Part shown: positions 1-9,575 of the stretch, one piece after another
Numbering within the stretch: the stretch's first letter is position 1
Layout: every line of letters begins with the position of its first letter
Made by a program: the position numbers and the translations under genes
The notes under the pieces: generated by a model
The model's input: only the letters and a program-made list of their open reading frames with translations
Told to the model about the DNA's origin: nothing
Databases searched by the model: none
Assembly: GCA_965227515.1 (NCBI GenBank)
Contig: CBDDFZ010000002.1
Coordinates: 608,001-672,000 of the forward strand
Source of the DNA: Alphaproteobacteria bacterium
GTDB lineage: Bacteria > Pseudomonadota > Alphaproteobacteria > CALKHQ01
Direction: 5' to 3'
DNA: 64,000 nt

Positions 1-2403
1 GGCACCGACGCGCCGTCCTACCTCGCCTATATCTGGGAGGAGGAGTGGGAGAAGGCGTTCGAGGCGATCACCGCCACCAACCCGTTCTCCTCGATCTGCG
101 GGCGGGTGTGCGACGCGCCGTGCGAGCCGGCTTGCCGCCGCGCCCAGTCCGATGGGCCGGTCGCCATCCGCAACCTGAAGCGGGTGGTGATGGACAAGCT
201 GGGCAAGGAATGGCGCCCGCCGCAGCACCCGGTCACCCAGAGCCAGACCATCGGCATCGTCGGCGCCGGGCCGGCCGGCCTGACCGCCGCCCACGACCTC
301 GCCGTCGCCGGCTACAAGGTCGACGTCTACGAGATGTCGGACCGCCCCGGCGGCATGATGATCTGGGGCATTCCCGGCTTCCGCTGCCCGGCGGATGTGA
401 TCCAGGAGGACATGGACCGCCTGTTCCACAAGTGTCCCGGCATCACGCTCCACCTGAACACGTCGCTGGGCAGCGACGTCACGCTCGATGAGCTGAAGCA
501 GCGCCATGACGCCGTGCTGCTGACCATCGGCTCGTGGTGGGGCAAGCCGATGGGCATCCCCGGCGAGGACGACGAGCGCGTGGTCGACGGCGTTTCGTTC
601 CTGCGCCGCATCAATGCCGGCGAGCGGCCGGAACTGCCGGAGACTGTGGTGGTGGTCGGCGGCGGCGACGTGGCGATGGACGCCTGCCGCGCGGCACTCC
701 GCATGCCCGGCTGCGAGAAGGTGAAGGTCGTCTATCGGCGCGGGCCCGACGAGATTCCGGCGCGCAAGGACGAGCTTGAGGGCGCGCTGAAGGAAGGCAT
801 CGAGTTCGTCTACAACACCCAGCAGATGGCGGTCGCGCCCGACGGCAACGGCCTGGCGCTGACGTGCGTGCGCACCGAGATGGGCGCGCCCGATCCCGAG
901 GACGGCCGCCGCCGCCCGGTGGTCGTCGAGGGGTCGGAGCACGACATCGCCTGCGGCATGGTGATCGCCGCCGTCGGCCAGACCGCCGCCTCCGACGAGC
1001 TTGCCGGCCATGGCCTGATGGCGAGCGACCGGGTTGCGACCGAATGGGACGGCATGCGCACCGGCGACCCCAAGGTCTTCGCCGCCGGCGACGGCGCCTT
1101 CGGCGGGTCGACCATCGTGATGGCGATGCAGCACGGCCAGCGCGCGGCGTACTATGTGCGCCAGTTCCTGAATGGCGTCGACGCCCCGCTGCCCTACCGC
1201 ACGCCGTGGCGCACCCGCCGCGTGCGGATGGCCGAGGACATCATGTGGGAGCGTTTCCCGCGCCAGGAGCAGGAGTTCCATGGCGTCGGCGAGAACCCGG
1301 CCGCGTTCCCGGAGATCGAGAGCGGCTACGACGTCGCGACCGCGCGGGCCGAGGCGGCGCGCTGCTATCGCTGCGACGCCGAGACCGGCTCCAGCGACTA
1401 TGCGGTCGCCCATCGCGAGGACATCTTCTCGATGGCGCGCACCAACCCCATCGACGTGCGCAAGAACAAGGCGATGCTGGCCAAGCGCCTGGCGCCGCGC
1501 GCCAATCCTTTCCCGGAGGCGCGGCCGGCCAGCATGGACGACCTGGTTTTCCTGCCGGCGAACCTGTCGCGGCTGGTGATCGACCCCTATCGCGAGGCCT
1601 GCCGCGTCGACACCGACCTCGGCGGCCGCTACGAGTTGGCTCGCCCGTTCATGGTCGGCGGCATGGACGACCTGCCGGAGCAGGTCTGGACGGGTCTTGC
1701 GCAGGGCTTGCAAAAGGCGGGCACGCCCTATGTCGGCGCCCGCAACCCGGGTGTTGGCGTCGACTGGTTCCAGGTCGTCTCGCCGCGCGATACCGCATCG
1801 GCGGACGCCGCGGCCGTGCTGTTCCAGCCCGGCGCCAAGCCCGTGCGCGGCCGTGACGGGCAGCTTTTGGGGCTTGTCATCGACGACCCGGCGGCGGTGG
1901 CCGACGCGGTGCCGGCGGCGTTCGAAGCCGGGTGCGACCTGTTGCTCCTGGACGGCACCGGCTCCATGAACGCCGGCTGGTCCGAGTTGAAGGGCGCGCC
2001 CGACCACTCGATCCTGCGCGAGACCATCCATGTGCTGCGCGACATGAAGCGCGAGGAGCATATCGATCTGGTCTGGTATGGCGGCGCGCGCTCCGGCACC
2101 GATGCCGCCAAGCTGATCGGCATGGGCGCCAAGGCCGTCGTCTACGGCGTGCCGGTGGCGATGGCGATCGGCGGCACCATCACGCCCGACCACCACATGG
2201 CGTTCACCGCCGACCGCAGCGACGAGGACCGCGCCTCGGCGGTGGCGAACCTGATGCAGGCCCATGCCGGCGAGGCGTCGATGATGGCGCGGTGCACCGG
2301 CAAGACCAACCTGATGAACTTGGAGCCGGAGGACCTGCGCGCGATCACCATCGCCACCCACCAGGCGACCGGCATTCCGCTTGTGGGCAAGCACGCGTCA
2401 TAG
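1..2403 (+). CDS. FAD/NAD(P)-dependent oxidoreductase (GltD-like, Fe-S) fused to a C-terminal FMN glutamate-synthase-like domain; 5'-truncated
   Basis: Frame is open from base 1 (GTDAPSYLAYI...NPFSSICGRVCDAPCEPAC). Rossmann motifs IVGAGPAGL and VVGGGDVAMD, plus FAAGD and EAARCYRC. C-terminal FLPANLSRLVIDPYRE and YGGARSGTDAAKLIGMGA resemble the glutamate synthase FMN barrel. Confidence 0.85.
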   Translation, partial: GTDAPSYLAYIWEEEWEKAFEAITATNPFSSICGRVCDAPCEPACRRAQSDGPVAIRNLKRVVMDKLGKEWRPPQHPVTQSQTIGIVGAGPAGLTAAHDLAVAGYKVDVYEMSDRPGGMMIWGIPGFRCPADVIQEDMDRLFHKCPGITLHLNTSLGSDVTLDELKQRHDAVLLTIGSWWGKPMGIPGEDDERVVDGVSFLRRINAGERPELPETVVVVGGGDVAMDACRAALRMPGCEKVKVVYRRGPDEIPARKDELEGALKEGIEFVYNTQQMAVAPDGNGLALTCVRTEMGAPDPEDGRRRPVVVEGSEHDIACGMVIAAVGQTAASDELAGHGLMASDRVATEWDGMRTGDPKVFAAGDGAFGGSTIVMAMQHGQRAAYYVRQFLNGVDAPLPYRTPWRTRRVRMAEDIMWERFPRQEQEFHGVGENPAAFPEIESGYDVATARAEAARCYRCDAETGSSDYAVAHREDIFSMARTNPIDVRKNKAMLAKRLAPRANPFPEARPASMDDLVFLPANLSRLVIDPYREACRVDTDLGGRYELARPFMVGGMDDLPEQVWTGLAQGLQKAGTPYVGARNPGVGVDWFQVVSPRDTASADAAAVLFQPGAKPVRGRDGQLLGLVIDDPAAVADAVPAAFEAGCDLLLLDGTGSMNAGWSELKGAPDHSILRETIHVLRDMKREEHIDLVWYGGARSGTDAAKLIGMGAKAVVYGVPVAMAIGGTITPDHHMAFTADRSDEDRASAVANLMQAHAGEASMMARCTGKTNLMNLEPEDLRAITIATHQATGIPLVGKHAS

Positions 2404-2426
2404 GCGAGCAACTTCGCCGCAGGACG

Positions 2427-2771
2427 TCAATTGAGGAAGAAGTATTCTGCAACGGCCTCCGAGGAACCGCCAGGTTCCGTCGGCCGGGCGGGAAACACGT
2501 CCATGGCAGCGTCAATTGCATAATCGACGCTTCCAATGCTGGCGCCACTTGGCCGTGCATCCGCATCTTTGTCGCCGGAGATCAGAGCCAAACCGGGATG
2601 ACCCGAGGTCATCGGCGACACGAACGGCGTCGGGCCTTGGGATGTCAAGCTAGGGGTCGCCGAACCTGGCTGTGCGCGGGAATTCGGGTCGGGTTGCGGC
2701 GGCTCGGCGTCGGCTATTGAGGATCCGACGACAGCGAGAAGCGTGACAATTGTCATAGCGATGCTGCGCAT
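2427..2771 (-). CDS. small hypothetical secreted protein
   Basis: 114 aa ORF with a signal-peptide-like N-terminus (MTIVTLLAVVGSSIADA) filling the gap between two genes; no recognisable family. Confidence 0.45.
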   Translation of the reverse strand: MRSIAMTIVTLLAVVGSSIADAEPPQPDPNSRAQPGSATPSLTSQGPTPFVSPMTSGHPGLALISGDKDADARPSGASIGSVDYAIDAAMDVFPARPTEPGGSSEAVAEYFFLN

Positions 2772-2920
2772 GATGGTGGCTCCGGTGTCGATCGAACAAT
2801 CTGCCGTCCATACCGGGTTGGTCGTCGTGAGGCCTTATTCGGTTCACATTTCCGCCTGAGTGTCGATCCCTGCCCACGATGGCGCTGCGCGGCATGGGCT
2901 GGTGCATGCTAAGATGAGGC

Positions 2921-3883
2921 ATGAACGGTCGAACGGAGCCATTGCGGTCAAGAGCTTGCCTGCTTGCGACATTGCTGCTGATTGGGCCGCATGCCATGGC
3001 GCAGGACACGTGGCAGCCGGACGCGTTCGGCACGCCGCCGCAGGTCGGTGACTGCCAGGTCTTCCCGGCGGACAATCCCTGGAACTGGGACATATCCGAC
3101 GCGCCGGTGCACCCGATGTCCGACGCCTATATCGCGTCGATCTCCAACCGTGGGCCGCAGAACCTGCACCCCGATTTCGGCGAGAACCCGGCGTACGGTT
3201 TCCCGTACCAGATCGTCGATGCGCGCCAGCCGCCGGTGCCGATCGTCTTCACCGACTATGCGGACGAAAGCGACCCTGGGCCGTATCCGATTCCGCCCGA
3301 CGCGCGCACCGAGAGCGGTGACGACAAGCACGTCATCGTCGTCGATGGCACGGACTGCATGCTCTACGAGCTCTACCTGGCCGAGCGCGCGGGCGACGGC
3401 TGGACGGCGGCGTCCGGTGCCGTGTTCGACCTCGGCTCCAACGCGCTCAGGCCCATGGGCTGGACCTCGGCCGATGCCGCGGGTCTGCCGATCTTTCCCG
3501 GGCTGGCTCGTTATGAAGAGGTGGCCAGCGGCGAGATCCGTCATGCGCTCAGGTTCACCGTGCAGCAGACCCAGCGCGCGTTCATTCCGCCGGCCACCCA
3601 TTGGGCCTCGCTCAGCGACAACCCGGACCTGCCGCCGATGGGCCTGCGCTTGCGCCTGCGCGCCGATTTCGACATCGCCGCCTACAGCGGGCAGGCGCGC
3701 GTCATCCTGCAGGCGTTGCAGCGCTATGGCATGATCCTGGCCGACAACGGCGCCAACTGGTTCATCTCCGGCGCGCCATCGCCTGACTGGAACGACGCCG
3801 AGCTCAACCAATTGAAGCGGGTGCCGGGCACGGCGTTCGAGGCGGTGCTGACCGGTCCCCTGGTGCGGCCGGGGGATTTTTAG
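2921..3883 (+). CDS. secreted hypothetical protein, enzyme-like motifs
   Basis: GAGG RBS, signal peptide ending HAMA-Q, motif-dense sequence (FPADNPWN, DESDPGPYPIP, DKHVIVVD, GWTSADAAGLPIFPGL, HALRFT, YGMILADNG) and strong GC3 bias. Confidence 0.85.
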   Translation: MNGRTEPLRSRACLLATLLLIGPHAMAQDTWQPDAFGTPPQVGDCQVFPADNPWNWDISDAPVHPMSDAYIASISNRGPQNLHPDFGENPAYGFPYQIVDARQPPVPIVFTDYADESDPGPYPIPPDARTESGDDKHVIVVDGTDCMLYELYLAERAGDGWTAASGAVFDLGSNALRPMGWTSADAAGLPIFPGLARYEEVASGEIRHALRFTVQQTQRAFIPPATHWASLSDNPDLPPMGLRLRLRADFDIAAYSGQARVILQALQRYGMILADNGANWFISGAPSPDWNDAELNQLKRVPGTAFEAVLTGPLVRPGDF

Positions 3884-3889
3884 TTCAGG

Positions 3890-6088
3890 CTATCGAACGG
3901 CACGCCGCGCCCGCTCCAGCATCTCCGGCAACACATTCAGCACCAGTGCGGCGTCGTCGAAGGCGCCGCGGAGCATCGCCAGCAGATCCTTGGCCACCAG
4001 CACCTGCGGCATTTCCTGTTTCAGCAGCGCCAGGATGTCCCGGTCATACGTGATGCGCCCGTTGAGCGCACCGTGGAGGCGCGCCTTGGCGCCCTTGGCG
4101 GCCTGTAGCTCGGCGGCGATGCCGTAGCCGAGTTCGCCGTGGAACTTGATCTCCTGCAACCCGCCGATCATCGTCTCCAGCAGTTCAAGCGTGATGGCTT
4201 CGGTCTTCGGCGGCATCTTGCCGGTCTGCCAGAACGTGCGCAGCATCTCCACGGCCTGCGACAGCAGCGACTTGGCGGCGTCCTGGGCGGCCCCAGGCAG
4301 TTCGGGCAGCTTCTCGAAGTTCTTCATCGCCTCGGTCGCTTTGGCGATCAGAACCTTCACTGCCGGGTCTGCTTTGATTTCGGCCAGTAACAAATCGCCG
4401 ATCTTGGCCACCATCTGCCGCACAATTTCGCCGGGCAGCAGGAACTTGAACGTCACGAGCCCGACGACGTGAATGCCCCGCTGATCGTAGCCGGGCGACA
4501 GCATGGTGGTGAACGTCTTGAAGCGTGACAACGCGATCGTGTAGTCGCGCCCGATCGTGGATCCGATACCGATCCGGTAGACCATCTTGGTGGTCTCGAT
4601 GGCGGCGACAAAGGTCTCGAGGCTGGCATAGGTCTCGAGGTCGAGCCCCGGCAGCTGCATCGCGGTCTCGTGGGCCGGCCGGTCGTCGGCATCAAGGTCG
4701 CCGGTCTGCAAGTAGACCTCATGATCGACCAGGCTGGTGTTCTTGCGGCTGATGGGCGCCTTGGCTTCCAGGTTGACGCGCAGGCCGGCTGTCGCGTCCA
4801 GATTCAGGCCCGGCAACAGCCCGCCGATCAGCGGCAAGACCGCAGCCAGCGAGACCGCGGAGCGGCCCTCGGCGAAGAATTGGACCTTGGCCTTCTCGAA
4901 TTCGGGCACGCCATCCTTGTCGCGCCCGTATTTGGGCTCGATGACAAGGCCGCCGCCGGCTTCAAGGTTCAGGGTGCCGGAAAGGCTGGCGCGCAGGATC
5001 TGCTGTATCAGGCCGCGGAGATTGAAGATGTACCTCCAGCCCTTCTGCTTGTCGTCGAAGAAGACGAACTCGCGGCTGCTGTCCTCCGTCTTGCCGACCG
5101 TGCGCTTGGCCTTGAAGGTGCGGCGCCGCGGGCGGTATTTGCGGCCGGTCTCGGGATCGACGGTGCGCTCGCCCGTGCGTTCGCCGCGGGTACGCACGCC
5201 GGCCTCCGCCAACGCGCCGCCGCGCGCCGAGAGTTTGCCCTCCAGCTTCAGCTTCTTGCGATAGGGGTCCGGCAGCAGCGTCTTCAGGCTGGTCTCGAAC
5301 ACCGATGCCAGCCGCACCTCATCGTCGACACTGGCTATGAACACCAGCAGCGGAAGCAGGCCGGGGTCCTCGAACACCGGAAACTCGAACTCCTCCTCCG
5401 CACGCAGGACAAGGCTGAGTTGGGCCTGGGCCGCGGCGTTGGCGCCGATGCCCTGGCGCGCGGTGGCACGGTCGATCCGGCGTCCGGCTCCGGCGGTGCC
5501 GAGCTGAATGTAGCCGCCGGCCCCGATGCCGGAGTCGAGGCCACCGTCGACGATGCCTTCGCGCTTGAAGGTGAACTTGGTGGCGGTCGACCGGTAGAAA
5601 TTGAACTTGGCCTCGCCGGTCAGCTGGAACGGAACGCCGAATGTTGCGCCGATGGCGCCGTCCACCGCGAACCCGACGCCGACTTTCCAGTAGCGGTCGA
5701 CGATGCTTCGGGCCCAGGCTGTCGCGGCCTCGCCAGCGCGCTCGAAAAGGTCCTGTGCGTCGCGCTGGTAGCCCGAACGCAGCAGATAGCGCAGCAGCCA
5801 CAGCCATACGTCGACGCCGAACTCGATCGGGCCCGGCAACAGGCCTTTCGATGCGCGCAGCAGGCGGCGGTAGTGCTCCGCCAGCTCGATGTCGAAGCCG
5901 TCCTCGATGCGTCTGCCGCGGCTGGCAGCGGCCGGGTCCGGCAGTGCCGTCCCCTGCCGCGCGACCCCGCGATCTGCGGTTCCCCGATCAGCGGTGCCTG
6001 GATCGAGCGCCAGATCGGCAAGCTGTGGGGCAACCCCGCCGGTGCCGGTCGGCGCCAGCGGGTCCAGTCCGCGCGGGTCCTCGGACAT
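3890..6088 (-). CDS. hypothetical protein, 732 aa, rich in Gly-containing amphipathic beta segments
   Basis: Long ORF with coding-like composition, starting 21 bp after the stop of the 1123 aa gene with a GGAAGGA-type RBS; no signal peptide. Confidence 0.8.
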   Translation of the reverse strand: MSEDPRGLDPLAPTGTGGVAPQLADLALDPGTADRGTADRGVARQGTALPDPAAASRGRRIEDGFDIELAEHYRRLLRASKGLLPGPIEFGVDVWLWLLRYLLRSGYQRDAQDLFERAGEAATAWARSIVDRYWKVGVGFAVDGAIGATFGVPFQLTGEAKFNFYRSTATKFTFKREGIVDGGLDSGIGAGGYIQLGTAGAGRRIDRATARQGIGANAAAQAQLSLVLRAEEEFEFPVFEDPGLLPLLVFIASVDDEVRLASVFETSLKTLLPDPYRKKLKLEGKLSARGGALAEAGVRTRGERTGERTVDPETGRKYRPRRRTFKAKRTVGKTEDSSREFVFFDDKQKGWRYIFNLRGLIQQILRASLSGTLNLEAGGGLVIEPKYGRDKDGVPEFEKAKVQFFAEGRSAVSLAAVLPLIGGLLPGLNLDATAGLRVNLEAKAPISRKNTSLVDHEVYLQTGDLDADDRPAHETAMQLPGLDLETYASLETFVAAIETTKMVYRIGIGSTIGRDYTIALSRFKTFTTMLSPGYDQRGIHVVGLVTFKFLLPGEIVRQMVAKIGDLLLAEIKADPAVKVLIAKATEAMKNFEKLPELPGAAQDAAKSLLSQAVEMLRTFWQTGKMPPKTEAITLELLETMIGGLQEIKFHGELGYGIAAELQAAKGAKARLHGALNGRITYDRDILALLKQEMPQVLVAKDLLAMLRGAFDDAALVLNVLPEMLERARRAVR

Positions 6089-6109
6089 TTCCCGGTCCTT
6101 CCGCTGCGA

Positions 6110-9100
6110 CTAGCTCTCGTTGCCTTCCTCGTCGACCGGGACCGGCTGGCCGTCGCGGCGATAGACCCGATAGCTGTCCTCGCCGCCATTGCGCCACGCC
6201 TGGTCGCCGGTACGCGCCGCCAGATGATGGTTCTCCAGGCAGGCGCGCTCCAGGTCCAGCATGCGGTGGGCCATCTTGTAGCCCTCCAGCAGCGGCACCT
6301 GGCCGGGCATCGCCTCCACCACCAGCGCGTCCTGGGCTACCTGAACCCGTCGCGAGCTCAGCACCTGGTCGCTGGCTTGCGGGTCGGTGATGAACGCCTG
6401 GCCGCGCATCTGCGCGATCACGTCGTCCAGTTCCTCCTCGCTGTACTGGCGGGCGAGTTGCTGGAACAGCTCGGTGTCGCGCAACTCGTCGTCCGACAGG
6501 GTGGAGAAGTCGCTGCCCGGCGTCATCGTGCGCACCAGCGCCTCGGCCAGCGCCATCGACGGGCCGACGAAATCGAAGATCTCCTCGTCGCCGTGATAGC
6601 CCTGGCGCATCAGGCCCCGGGTCAGTTGCGGCAGCGACAGTCCGCCGAAGGTCTCGGTGCGCAAGATCTTGTCGTAGTCGGTGCGCGGCGAGGCTTGCCA
6701 GATGAACTGCATGTAGTGGCAGATGTTCTGGCGCACGTGGGCGACCACCCGGTCCAGGCGCGAGCGGACGCGCTGATACGCGTCCTCGGCCGTCTGCAGT
6801 TCCTTGGTGGCTGTGGTCAGGGCTTCGCGCAGGCTTTGCAGCCTTGCCTCGTGCTCGCGCGCGGCTTCCGGCGGGTCGCCGGCCGGCAGCACGCGGTTCT
6901 CCGCCACCGTCAGCGCCAGCCTGCGCTCGTCCTGGACCGAGCGGGCCCGCAGTTCTGCCCGCGCCAGTGCCTCGATGTCGCCGACGCCGTTCTCCAGGTC
7001 CGACGACAATTGCGCCGGCAGCACGTTGATCAGGATGTGCGCGTTGTCGGCCAGGAACTTCTCGTCGATTTCCGGTTCGCTCGGCACCGCGCGGGTGCGC
7101 AGCAGCACCGGCCGCAGATCGTGCAGTTCCACGGTCACGGAATACTGCCGCAGCAGCTGGTAGTAGAAGTAGTTGGCGGTGATCTCCTGGTTCGGGTTCA
7201 CCACCTCGATCACCGAATCGGTTTCCTGCTCGACCGTCGTCTCCTCGCGCAGTTTCACCTCGCGCTTCTCGTTGTACGACATGGTCGCCTTCATCGACGC
7301 CTCGGCGATCGACGACTGTGCGGCACGGCTCATCGAGCCGATGGAGATGGTGTTGGTCGAAGTGACGTCCAGGCTGCCGATCACGATATCGAAGCCGCCG
7401 GAGGCCGACAGCGAGAAGTCGAACTTGTTTGTGTTCTCCTTCACGATCTCCGACGTTTCCTTCTGGGTCCGCGTGTAGTCGTTCTGCTGCGAGCGGGCGA
7501 ACTCCTGCACCGTCTGTTCCTCGCCCAGGCGCTTGACGAAGGTGCGGCGGTGGATGCGCTCCTTCTGTGCCGGCATCAGGTTCTTGTGCCCGACCAGCTT
7601 GCCTTTGACGTAGCCCTCCGGCGTCCAGTACTGGCGGTAGATCATCAGCAGGCCCAGGCGCTTCGACCCTTCGCCCCAGCGCTCGCTCCACAACGGCAAC
7701 TGCTCGGCGATGTCGTCCAGCAGCCGGGCGATGATGTACAGGGCATCGTTGATCTGGCCTTCGGCCAGGCGCTGGAAGTCCTTCAGCAGTTGCTCGCTGT
7801 TGCCTTTGGATTTGTCGACGGCATCGCGCATCTCGATGGCCGCCTGCTTCAGGCCGTCCAGGGCATCCTTGAACGGTCCGGCGAGATAGAACAGGTAGCG
7901 GCTGAGGGAGCGCACCTGCTCGTGGTCGTCGATGACCATGTCGCCATAGACCGCGCGCACGTTGCCGGGCCGCAAGCCCTCGATCTCCAGGTAGTCGGCT
8001 TTCTCGTTGCCGTCCTGGTTGCGGCGCATCTTGTCGTCTTCATAGAGACGGTAGTCGGGAACATCGGCAATGGCGATCGCCAGTTTCTCCAGCGAGGCCC
8101 GCGGGTTTGCATCGCCGAGCTTGCCGATGAACTGGCGCCGGCGCGCCGCGGACCGCACCAGGGTGGCGGCCGTGCGCATGCGCCGTTTCCACGCCCGCAC
8201 ATCGGTCAACGACGTCTGTTCGTCGACCTGCATCACCCGACTGAGCAGGTCGCGCGTTTCGGCGGCGACATTCGGCGGCTCCTGCAGGTTGCCGGCTGCG
8301 TCCGGCACCGCCGGATAGGTGCCGAGCACATCCGACAGGCCGAAGCTGTCCAGGAAGTCGAGCACCGCATGGATCTGTGCCGCCGACGCGCGCACCGCGT
8401 CGATGGAACGATGGTCGATGCTGGCGATCTCGGGCCGCAACGGGCCGCATTCGTCCACCGGCACCACCACGGCGTAGTCGTAGAAGATGTGCTCGCGTTG
8501 CAGCAATTGGCCGGGAAATGTGTAGCGCGGCTCGGCATCCACCGGCGGGCGCAGCGGCTGCATGCCGGCATTCACCATCAGATCGTTGGCGTCGCAGGTG
8601 TGCATGAGCGCGGCGCCGGCATCGACGCCGTTTCCGTCGGCGCCGTTTCCATCAGCATTGCCGCCGTCGGTGGTCGCCGTGCCGTCGACGACCGCATCGC
8701 GACGCGGCGACGTGCGGCTGCCGGTGCCGGAGCTGCCTGAGGCGCCGTTGCCCGACCCGTTACCGTTACCGTTGCCGCCCGGCTGGTTGCCGCCGGCGCC
8801 ATTTCCGTTCGGTGGCGTTTCCGCGTTCAACGCGTTCGCCTCACGCGCCGCCAGCGCATCGGTCCAGGCGGGGCGCAGCGGCACCGGTGCCTTCAGGCGG
8901 ACGAGATCGCCCACTTCGGGGATGTCGCCCGGCTGATACATGGTGCCGGCGATGGCGCGCCAGCGGGTGGCGAACAGCGTGATCGCGGCATTGATCTGCT
9001 GCTGGATCGACTGCTGTTGGGCCGCGTTCGCGTTGCCTGCGGGGTATTTGTCGTCCCGGATGGCGGTGCTGATCTCGCACAGGGTCGGTGTCGCCGGAAA

Positions 9101-9481
9101 GTCGTAGAGGACCTCCGACGGCTCGACGTAGCCCGCGGTGGCAAGAACCTGATACTGCTGGGCCACCGGCTGGTCGGCAATTGCGTCAACGTCCATGTCG
9201 TGACCCAGATGCGCGGCCACGTCCGCGACGATGGGCAGGACGCGCGCGACCTCGGCCGCCATGCGTGCCTCGGCCTTCCGGGGGTTCGGTTGCGCGGCCA
9301 CCGCCTTTGCCAGAGCGTCGGCATCGGCAAGCTGGGCCTTGAGCGCGACGTCCCGCAGCACAAGGTGGCGCAGCGTCCGCTCCGCCGGCGACGGCAATGC
9401 CGCTCTCGCGGCCATGCCGTCAAAGAGCTTGGCATTCAAGTCGGCAGGCGCGGCCTTCGACTTCGATGTCTTGTCTATCAT
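6110..9481 (-). CDS. large hypothetical protein, 1123 aa, with putative beta-pore-forming hairpin core
   Basis: Long ORF with a Gly/Asn linker; core YRQYWTPEGY...FDFSLSASGGFDIVIGSLDV...NPNQEITANYFYYQLLRQY; coiled-coil-like stretch near the C-terminus. Confidence 0.85.
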   Translation of the reverse strand: MIDKTSKSKAAPADLNAKLFDGMAARAALPSPAERTLRHLVLRDVALKAQLADADALAKAVAAQPNPRKAEARMAAEVARVLPIVADVAAHLGHDMDVDAIADQPVAQQYQVLATAGYVEPSEVLYDFPATPTLCEISTAIRDDKYPAGNANAAQQQSIQQQINAAITLFATRWRAIAGTMYQPGDIPEVGDLVRLKAPVPLRPAWTDALAAREANALNAETPPNGNGAGGNQPGGNGNGNGSGNGASGSSGTGSRTSPRRDAVVDGTATTDGGNADGNGADGNGVDAGAALMHTCDANDLMVNAGMQPLRPPVDAEPRYTFPGQLLQREHIFYDYAVVVPVDECGPLRPEIASIDHRSIDAVRASAAQIHAVLDFLDSFGLSDVLGTYPAVPDAAGNLQEPPNVAAETRDLLSRVMQVDEQTSLTDVRAWKRRMRTAATLVRSAARRRQFIGKLGDANPRASLEKLAIAIADVPDYRLYEDDKMRRNQDGNEKADYLEIEGLRPGNVRAVYGDMVIDDHEQVRSLSRYLFYLAGPFKDALDGLKQAAIEMRDAVDKSKGNSEQLLKDFQRLAEGQINDALYIIARLLDDIAEQLPLWSERWGEGSKRLGLLMIYRQYWTPEGYVKGKLVGHKNLMPAQKERIHRRTFVKRLGEEQTVQEFARSQQNDYTRTQKETSEIVKENTNKFDFSLSASGGFDIVIGSLDVTSTNTISIGSMSRAAQSSIAEASMKATMSYNEKREVKLREETTVEQETDSVIEVVNPNQEITANYFYYQLLRQYSVTVELHDLRPVLLRTRAVPSEPEIDEKFLADNAHILINVLPAQLSSDLENGVGDIEALARAELRARSVQDERRLALTVAENRVLPAGDPPEAAREHEARLQSLREALTTATKELQTAEDAYQRVRSRLDRVVAHVRQNICHYMQFIWQASPRTDYDKILRTETFGGLSLPQLTRGLMRQGYHGDEEIFDFVGPSMALAEALVRTMTPGSDFSTLSDDELRDTELFQQLARQYSEEELDDVIAQMRGQAFITDPQASDQVLSSRRVQVAQDALVVEAMPGQVPLLEGYKMAHRMLDLERACLENHHLAARTGDQAWRNGGEDSYRVYRRDGQPVPVDEEGNES

Positions 9482-9575
9482 CTGAAAATATCTCGGCGAC
9501 TATTGGGGGTGCCGATAATCAGATCAGACGCATGTGTCCAGGGCATGACCGCCGTGCGACAATGCGCGGGCGATT

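Noticed and set aside
4670-8740. 1356 aa plus-strand ORF
   Set aside because: Antisense shadow of the two minus-strand genes; its composition is typical of the reverse frame in high-GC DNA.
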